Positions 21,101-30,100 of a DNA stretch of 64,000 bases are shown piece by piece; the stretch's first letter is position 1; each line of letters opens with the position of its first letter. Source of the stretch: Chlorobium sp. (lineage in GTDB: Bacteria; Bacteroidota; Chlorobiia; Chlorobiales; Chlorobiaceae). The DNA is taken from assembly GCA_005843815.1 (NCBI GenBank), contig SZYA01000026.1, forward strand, positions 3,949-67,948, written 5' to 3'. The notes under the pieces were generated by a model. It saw only the letters and a list, made by a program, of their open reading frames with translations, was not told where the DNA came from and did not search any database. The position numbers and the translations under genes were made by a program.

Positions 21101-24100
21101 TTCCCTTGTTGAGCTGGGCCATCTAATGCCCTTACAATATGGCAACGGTGCTACGATGACGGTGGGTACAGGGACAACCGCCAAATCTTTCGGGGTTTAC
21201 GATATTGAATCATTCCGCCTTGTCTCTGGCAGTGTGATTTTTGATGTTGATTCATCACAGTTTGCTGAGGTTTCGTTTTATGGAAACAGTTATCAGAACA
21301 ACATCTATGGCACATCCAATGCAGATACTATTGATGCCGATGCTCTGGCTTCTGCCAACAGTGCCACCACAAATAAGGACTGGATCTATGGCATTGGCGG
21401 AGCCGACAGCATCAAGGCTGGTACTGGTGATGACTACATTGATGGTGGCACTGGTAATGACACGATTGACGGTGGCGCTGGCAATGACACTGCGTACTTC
21501 CAGGGCTCCAAGTCTGATTATACAGTGACCAAGGGCACGGATGCGGGGGGGAAATACCTTGAGGTAACGGGCAAAACCGGTGAGGTTGACAAGCTGTACA
21601 ACATTGAAGTGCTCCAGTTCATGGATGGCAGGCAGGAGTTCTCGGTCACCTTTAATGCTGCCTATGACAGCAACAACTGGTCGAGCAACACTATCAACGG
21701 CACGGGTCTGGATGATGTGATTGATGCTGATGCCCTGGCAGCGGAAAATCCATATAAGGGGAGCAAATGGCTTACGATCAACTTTACTCCGGGGCAGACG
21801 GACTATGTGCTTGGAGCAAAGGATTTTGCCAATAATGGTACGGTTTCCTTTACAGCCACAGAACTTTCAAGTCTGACTGCTGCCAATCTTGAACTCAGGC
21901 ATAACGGCCAAGTAGTTTCAACGCCTCTCAGTGGTGTTACTGTAGCAGACATAACTAATGGCAGCTATATTTTGCACTGGACTGGCACCACAACTCCGCT
22001 ATCGTCAGTATTCACTGTTGATGTGGAAGCGGTTAACAGCCATAACGACAGGATTGAGGGCAACGAGGGGAATGACTCTATTATTGCTGGTGCCGGTGAT
22101 GACACTGTTCATGGTGGAGCAGGTAATGATTCTATAGATGGCGGTTCAGGCAAGGATACTGCATCGTATAATGGAAATACGTCAGATTACACGATTACCA
22201 ACGCTAATGGCGTGTTGACGGTCACGGACAACAACACGACCAATGGTGATGATGGCACAGATACTCTCCTGAATATTGAGCGCTTGCAGTTCCTGGATGG
22301 TGATCAGGTTCTTGCGGTGAGCTTTACAGCGGCAAACGACAGTGGAAGTTATGCGCAGAATAATATCACCGGCACGCTGCGTGATGACACCATTGATGCC
22401 GACGCTCTTGCTGCGGCTTATGTTGGAACTCTGGCGACGCACCGTGACTCAATTGATGCAGGAGCGGGCAACGACTTGATAGATGCAGGGCTCGGAGGAG
22501 ATCAGATTCGTGGTGGAGTGGGTAATGATACCATTGATGGTGGTGAGGATACCCTGGCAGACCGACTTCTGACAGTTAATTCCAACAACGGTTTCGGTTT
22601 TGAAAACCGGGCGATATACACCGGCCAGGCAAAGAAATACACGATTACCGAACACATTGGCGAAGCAGGTAACAGCGATCATGTTCCTGCAGGGCAGCGC
22701 TATTATATTGTTGAGGATACCCGGAGCGGCTTCCCGGATGGCACAGACATTGTGTACAATGTTGATACCTTGCAATTCAGCGACAAGGAGGTGCGTCTTT
22801 CTGCCAGCCTCTGGTTTAACCGCTTTTCGCAGGATACACTTGTTACTCCGACTGGATCACTGGTCGATAGCGCGAAAACCGTTACTGCTGCCGATTTTGC
22901 GCCCGATCAGCAGTTGTCACAAGTGACGTTCAGTCGTGAACAGGTAAATGGTACCTTGAGGTTGAATGGGGTTGATTTAGTTTCGCTTGTTGTCAGTGGT
23001 GCTGATATTGCCGCAGGGAAACTCACCTTCCAGCCCTCTTCTGGTCAAGATTTCAGCCTCCGTGCCAATGTTGAAGTGTATAACCTCAATGCTGATGGCA
23101 CAGCTTATGCTGATACCATTGGTTATGCCTTCGGCGCTACGGTGCCCACGGGAAGTTACGACTTCAGCGGTTCCGATCGTCTGAATGGTGGAGCAGGGAA
23201 CGACAAGCTTTACGGTGGATCAGGAGCTGACACTTTCAGAGGAGATGCAGGCAATGATACTATTGATGGTGGAACAGGTCGTTCCTTGCTGAGCAAGGCT
23301 ACCTGGGATCCCAATGGCTCCAATGGCTATGATGTTGCCGAGTTTACAGGCATTGCCAGCCGTTACTCTATCACGTTCACGAATGATTTGGGTGTCACTG
23401 TTGATGGCTTCGATCCGGCAGGATCGGTTATTGTTAAAGACAGCAAGCTTGACAGCAAGGGTGGTGATGGCACGGATACGTTGAGCGGTGTTGAAGTGCT
23501 TCGTTTCTCCGACGGTGAGAAAAATCTTTCTGTTCTGGAGTATGAGAATTTCTACTATGACTGGCTGACCCAGGCAAAAATTTCCACAGGGTATCGCTGG
23601 GAGGGCAGCGATTATGCTGATACCATCACGTCGACTTCTCCCCTGCGCGATGAAGTGCATGCCAAGGCCGGAAATGACACGATATCGACCGGAGGAGGCG
23701 GTGACTGGATAGATGGAGGTGAAGGAAATGACACTATTGATGGCGGAACCAATGGTACACTTGATCAGTGGGTCAACATAGCCGTCGACATAGCAAATTA
23801 TGATGCTCCAATGCGCCGTTTCGATATCACAAAGAATGGTGACGGAAGTATCCAGGTAACTGATCGTCTTGGGGCGGAATTTGGCGGGTTTGGAAGTGAC
23901 AAGCTGAGCAATATCGAGCAACTGCAGTTCAATGATGGTTCAATTGACCTGGCGGTACAGTTTAATAGCAACAATGGCGCTTTTGGTCAGAATAACATTA
24001 CTGGTACTCAGTTTAAAGATGTCGTTGATGCAGACTCTTTTGTTACCATTCAGGGAGGCAATCACAACGATTACATTGACAGCAAGGCTGGCGATGATGT

Positions 24101-27100
24101 GGTCTATGCCGGCCTTGGCGCTGACCGGATCAAGGATGGCACCGGTAACGACTTCTATGATGGTGGAGCCAACGGGACATCTGAGCAGACTTTGAATAAT
24201 CAGGATGTGGTTGAGTTTACAGGGGCACAGAAACGTTATTCTGTTGATGTGATTAAATATGCCGATCTTGATAGCACCGTAAAGGCCAATATCACAGAGA
24301 AGTACTCGGGTGCAGATATTCCTGCGACGATAGTTCGTGTGACCGACAAGATTCCCGATGTTAGCGGTGGTGACGGGGTCAACTACCTCATCAACATTGA
24401 GCGCATCCAGTTCCAGGATGGCGGTATTGATCTCGGCATTAATTTTAACCCTGCATCTTCAGGAGCATCATGGGATCGTAACAATATTCAGGGTGGTCTG
24501 CTCGATGACAGTATCAATGCCGATACGCTTGGGAGCAGCGCACCAGTTCACCGCGATTATATTGATGGCGGCGCCGGTAATGACACCTTGCTTGGTGGGG
24601 CCGAGGGTGATGAACTGAGGGGAGGTCTCGGCAATGATGTGCTGGATGGAGGAGAGAACGGTGCGGCAGACGAAAATGGTTACTTCGATCCGTGGCAGGA
24701 TCTTGATCGTGCCACCTTCAGCAATTCCATCAATCGTTACGATATACAGTTTTTCCGCACAGAGTCGGGTGGTGGTTACAACAATATGGGTGTTGCCTTA
24801 GCGAATGGTGGTTATGCCAAGTCCGATTATTACACTGACTCGGGCATTATTGTGGTACAGGATCTCTATGATGCGGCACATGGTGGTGAAGGTCGTGATG
24901 TTTTGAGTAATATTGAGGTCTTGCAGTTCAGCGATACCTGGGAGCAGCTTAAGGTGCAGTACCAAAGCTCTTCCTATGACCAGTATGGATATGTAGACAA
25001 GGGGGCTGGTAACTGGAGCTGGGAGATGACTGGAACAATCAATCGCCTTGATGGTTGGGGTACTCGTTTCGGGGATCTGATGGTCGGGACAACCAATGCT
25101 CAAAACAATCTCAATGGCAACGGTGGTAACGACAGTCTTGTTGGTGGTGCCCTTCGTGACGACCTGCATGGTGGTGCCGGTAACGACACCATTGATGGTG
25201 GTGGCAACCCGAGTCCTAATCCGACCACACCCTGGGATACCAGCGGTTATGATGTTGCCTGGTTTGATGCCGATCGCAGTGAATTTGAAATTACTCAGAA
25301 TGGTAACAGCTTTACCGTCAAGCATCTTATTCCGGAAAGTCTTGGAGGACAAGGTACTGATATTGTGCGAAATGTCGAACGTTTGCAGTTCCGTGATACT
25401 TCTGAGGATCTTGTCGTTTTGGTTACGCAAGGAGCAAGTCATAAGAATGGTGACGTTTGGGTAACTTATTCAAACTACGTTGGCACTAATTTTGCCGATA
25501 ATGTTCAGGATGCCGTCGCCGGAGGAGAGAGCGACTTCCAGATGAAGAACGGCAACGACACGGTTGTCGCGGGCACTGGCAATGACCACGTCAAGGCAGG
25601 TGGTGGGGATGATCTCATCTATCTTGATACAACAGATATCAATGCTTCTGGTGGTGGTGATGACCAGGCCAACCTTGGCACAGGCAATGACACCGTCTAT
25701 GGAGGCACAGGCTATGACAATGTCTACTACGACGACGCCGTCCAACGCTATGCGATAACTGTTCATGCCTCAAATGGTAACGCACAACTGGCAACCTTCT
25801 CTCTGGCTGGCCCTCCTTCTGGGGCAGGTGTTTATTCAGGAACCCTTAACTTTACGAATACAACCCTGGGCAGCAGCTACGACGATACAACGATGTATGT
25901 CAAGGTTGTCGACACCCTTGCTGAGCAGTATGGCGGTGAGGGGACGGATCAGTTGCATGGCATTGAGCAGATAACCTTTGAGGGGGGAATCCTCCATCTG
26001 CAAACTGGCACGATCAATGAAGTGACTTACCAGACAGGTGATTTTGCAGTAAAGGAGACAACAGTTGGTACAGATGGCACAAATGGCACCAGCGCAAATG
26101 ATACTATCTCGGGTACCGACGGTACTGACTGGCTGCAGGGCTGGGCGGGCAATGATTTGCTGAGCGGAGGCGCCGGTGATGACTCACTCAACGGTGGTCT
26201 TGGCAACGACACTCTGATCGGTGGGCTCGACAATACCGCTGACCGGAACAGCTACTGGAACGCTGGCGACACGGCACAATATGCCGGTGCCGTCCGTGAA
26301 CGGCTGCATATCAGCGGGAAGATGACTGACTCCAACGGTTCTGTCACTGGGACGTCAGGAGAGAGCTATTATATCGTGACAGATCTTGCTTCATTGAAAG
26401 ACAAAACATTAGCAGACGAATTAAAATACTTTTCCAGTAATGTCAATCAAAACGTGGGTTACGGGCAGGATGCCCTTGTCGGAATTGAGCGCATACAGAT
26501 TGGCGATTCACTACTGCAGCTTGCACCGGTAACCAATACATCTACCTGGACAAGCTCCTGGTGGGATTATACGACAGGGCAGAGCCATGAGTATCAGGTG
26601 TCGCGCACCTATATTACCGGCACCTTCCTGGACGATCTCCTGATGAGCACAACAAACGGGGGCGATGAGATTGACGGCAAGGGAGGTAACGACACCATTG
26701 ATGGAGGCAATGAAACTGCCGCTCTTGGCAACCTTTGGGAAATTCAGGATGTGGTGCGCTACACTGGATCTCGGGAACGTTATATCGTCAAAGGTGTGCT
26801 TGTTGATATTGCAGGGACAACCTATACGATTGTTGACCCCTCCAATGCCAAAGCAACCTCCGTTTTTGGTATTCAGATCCAGGATGTGCTGCCTGACAGC
26901 GCGGGCGGTACCGGCACTGACCTGCTGGTGAACATTGAGCGGGTTGAATTCAACGGTTCACAGCTCAGTATCAAGCCAATGGTCAATACATCTTTTGATG
27001 GCTCAGTCAATGTTCAGGGTACCGAATTTGACGATGTGCTGAATGGCAAGGAGGGCAATGACCAGATCAGTGGCAATGCAGGCAATGATACCCTGCTTGG

Positions 27101-30100
27101 CGGTGCCGGAGGCGATAACCTTGAAGGCGGCGCGGGTAATGATGTGCTGGTTGGCGGTGCCGATGGTGCCAACTCCTGGGAAACCGATACTGCACGCTAC
27201 AATGCAAGTATTGACAGGTTTACCGTGGAATCGGTTTATGTGAACAGTAGCTATGCTGTTGTCGACTCTGGAACAACTGGTGCAATTGCGGCTTACCGTG
27301 TCACTGATATTTTGCCGGCAACTGACTCAGCGTCACTTGGCTCCGATATTCTTGTTGGTATTGAGAATCTCAGCTTCAGCGACCGCTGGGTGTCGCTTGC
27401 GGTGAACCGTTGGTCATGGAGTGACGGGCAGGGCAATACCAATGTCAATGCTGAAGGAACGATATTTAACGACATTATTATTGAGCAGGAATCCGGCTCT
27501 CGTGACTCTATGAATGGCAAGGAGGGCAACGACGTGCTGCTTGGTGGCGGTAATGGTGATGCCCTTCGTGGTGGTACCGGCAACGATGTGCTTGATGGTG
27601 GAGCCAATGGCACCAGTGGTCAGGGTTGGCAGGATCAGGATGTAGCTGAATTCAGTGGTCCAAAGGGGAGGTACCTCTGGACAGCCTTGATCACCACTGG
27701 CGATGCGACCACTGGTACGGTTGTATGGAATGGCAGTGAGGTCGGCACAGTTTCTTCTGGAGCATTAACGCTTTCTGACACGCTTTCAACCGATGCAGCC
27801 TCCGTACTGCGCCTTGCATTTACGACCGGCAACCTTTTTGGAAAAGGGGCTGGCTATCTTGTGGTTGATTCACTCTCGGCGGATCTTGGCGGCGATGGCA
27901 CCGATCTTGTCTTTAATGTTGAGCGGTTCCGCTTTAACGATGGTGATGTGGAGCTTGGCATCCGGGCCGATGCCTGGGACTGGAGTGGAGGTGAGGATGG
28001 CGGGCCTGACGGTAAACCCGATTCTGCCAATGTTGTCGGCACAGGCGGAGCTGATCATGTCACTCTCGGCGATATTGCGACACTGACTGCCAAGCCGGGT
28101 GTCTCTGTTGAGACTCAAATCGGTTATCTCGAAAAGATTCGTCTTGATGTTGATCTCAAGGAGGGCGATGATACCTATATTGGTGGCAAGGGAGGCGAAT
28201 CTATCCGTCCAGGGGCTGGAAACGACTACATTGATGCCGGCCTTAACGAGGGAACCGATCAGTGGGGCGCAGCCATGCGCGACGAGGTACATTTTGAAGG
28301 CAAGGTCTCGCGATATGTGATTGAGGATGTCGCCCTGACCAACAGCGGTGGTACCTGGTCTATTACCAGTGACCACGATACCTTGACTTTGACCTCCAAT
28401 ACAACGTTAACGTCAACCAATGCCACCTCACTCACTCTTGACCTTGCAGGGATGCAACAGGGTGTTCTTGCCATGATTGCTCACGCCGAAGGTGCGACCA
28501 CGGTCAACGGCTGGCTGGTGATCGACAAGCTCCCTGCAGAATTTGAGGGAACGGGTGTTGATGCCATTGTTGGCGCTGAGGCGTTTGCGTTCAGTGACTC
28601 CTGGATGCCGCTGACGGTTGATACCTTTTATCAAAGGGACTGGAAGTCGTCAGAGATTATCAGTGCCAATGTTCGTGGCACCGGTGGTGCTGATACCATC
28701 AAAGGCAATGCCACGTATGATTTCAACGGCAATGACTGGATTGAGGGTAACGGTGGCAACGACAAGATCCTTGCAGGAGCTGGTGGCGACAACATTCGCG
28801 GAGGCGATGGTGATGACACTATTGATGGCGGTGCCAATGGTACCCCGGATCAGTGGGGCTACACACCGACCGATACGGCCGCGTATTCCGGAGCCTTTGA
28901 TCGTTACGTTATCACCAGGGGTACCGATACGAATGGCCGCAGTTATGTAACGGTCAGCGATACTGACCCGGCGGGTGATGGCACCGATACGCTTTACAAC
29001 ATAGAAAATCTCGCATTCTCTGACCGTGGGGTACGACTCGGTGTGGAGAGCAACACGTGGCGTGACTGGCAGAGCGACAAGATCATGGGAGTCTCGGTCA
29101 ACGGTTCAATGCTGGCCGACCGCATCGATGCCTCTGCAGATGAATATGTCGGGCTGCCTCACAATATCCAGGGTATGGAGGGCAATGATACCCTCATTGG
29201 TGGCTCCGGACCGGATAACTTCCAGGGTGGCACCGGTGACGACGAGATCATTGGTGGAGAGAACGGGGTTGACCAGTTCGGGAACCCCGGTAATGATGTT
29301 GTTACCTACGATGGCATGTCTGACCGCTATACGGTTACTACTATTGCGGCGGGAACAAAGGTTACCATTGACGGCCATGACTATACCGCCGGAACAGATG
29401 GAGCTATCGTCCAGGTTGTTGACTCAATGAGCGCTGAAGATGGAGGCAATGGCACCGATACCCTTATCGGTATTGAGTCCATCAGCTTCTGGGACAAATG
29501 GATGCCTCTGCAGGTCACCAAAACATTTACCGACTTCAACGGTGATGGCAAGGCAGATGAGGCTTACCAGCGTGGTACAGATGGCGCTGATACGCTGGTT
29601 GGCGGGAGCGTCAATGACCGCATTGATGGCGGTGGAGGTAACGATACCATCACTTCCGCTGCTGGTGGAGATGTCATTACCGGTGGTGCTGGAGATGACA
29701 GTATTGATGGCGGTGATGACGGAACGGATACCTTGGGTAACCCCCTGGTTGATGTGGCTGTTTACTCCGGAAATTACTCAAACTATACCGTAAGTCGTTC
29801 GGTGAGTGGCGTTGTGACCGTAAAGGACAATCGTACCGGCACTGACAATGTGAGCGGCACCGATACCCTCGTCAACGTTGAAGCGTTGCAGTTCAGCGAC
29901 CGCTTTATCGGCCTGCAGTCAACCCGTGAAGTGAAAGACTTTAATTTCGACGGAGTTCCTGACCAGATTGTGCTGCGCGGCACGGATCTTCTTGGTGATA
30001 CGATGACAGTAACGCCTTTGGAAAGCAAAATTAACCATCTTTTCGAAGGGCTTGCCGGGGCCGACAGTTTGACTGGAGGTGAAGGTAACGATCTTTTCGA

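Noticed and set aside
23220-23921. Long antisense or alternate-frame ORFs inside the giant genes (e.g. 23220..23921, 24798..25442, 27870..28376, 31089..31610, 39237..39827, 39909..40484, plus many 60-140-aa ones)
   Set aside because: They lie entirely within the uninterrupted sense ORFs. The GGT/GAT/ACC/AAT-rich repeat coding sequence is depleted of stop codons on the opposite strand. Their translations are low-complexity with no motifs and no SD sequences.
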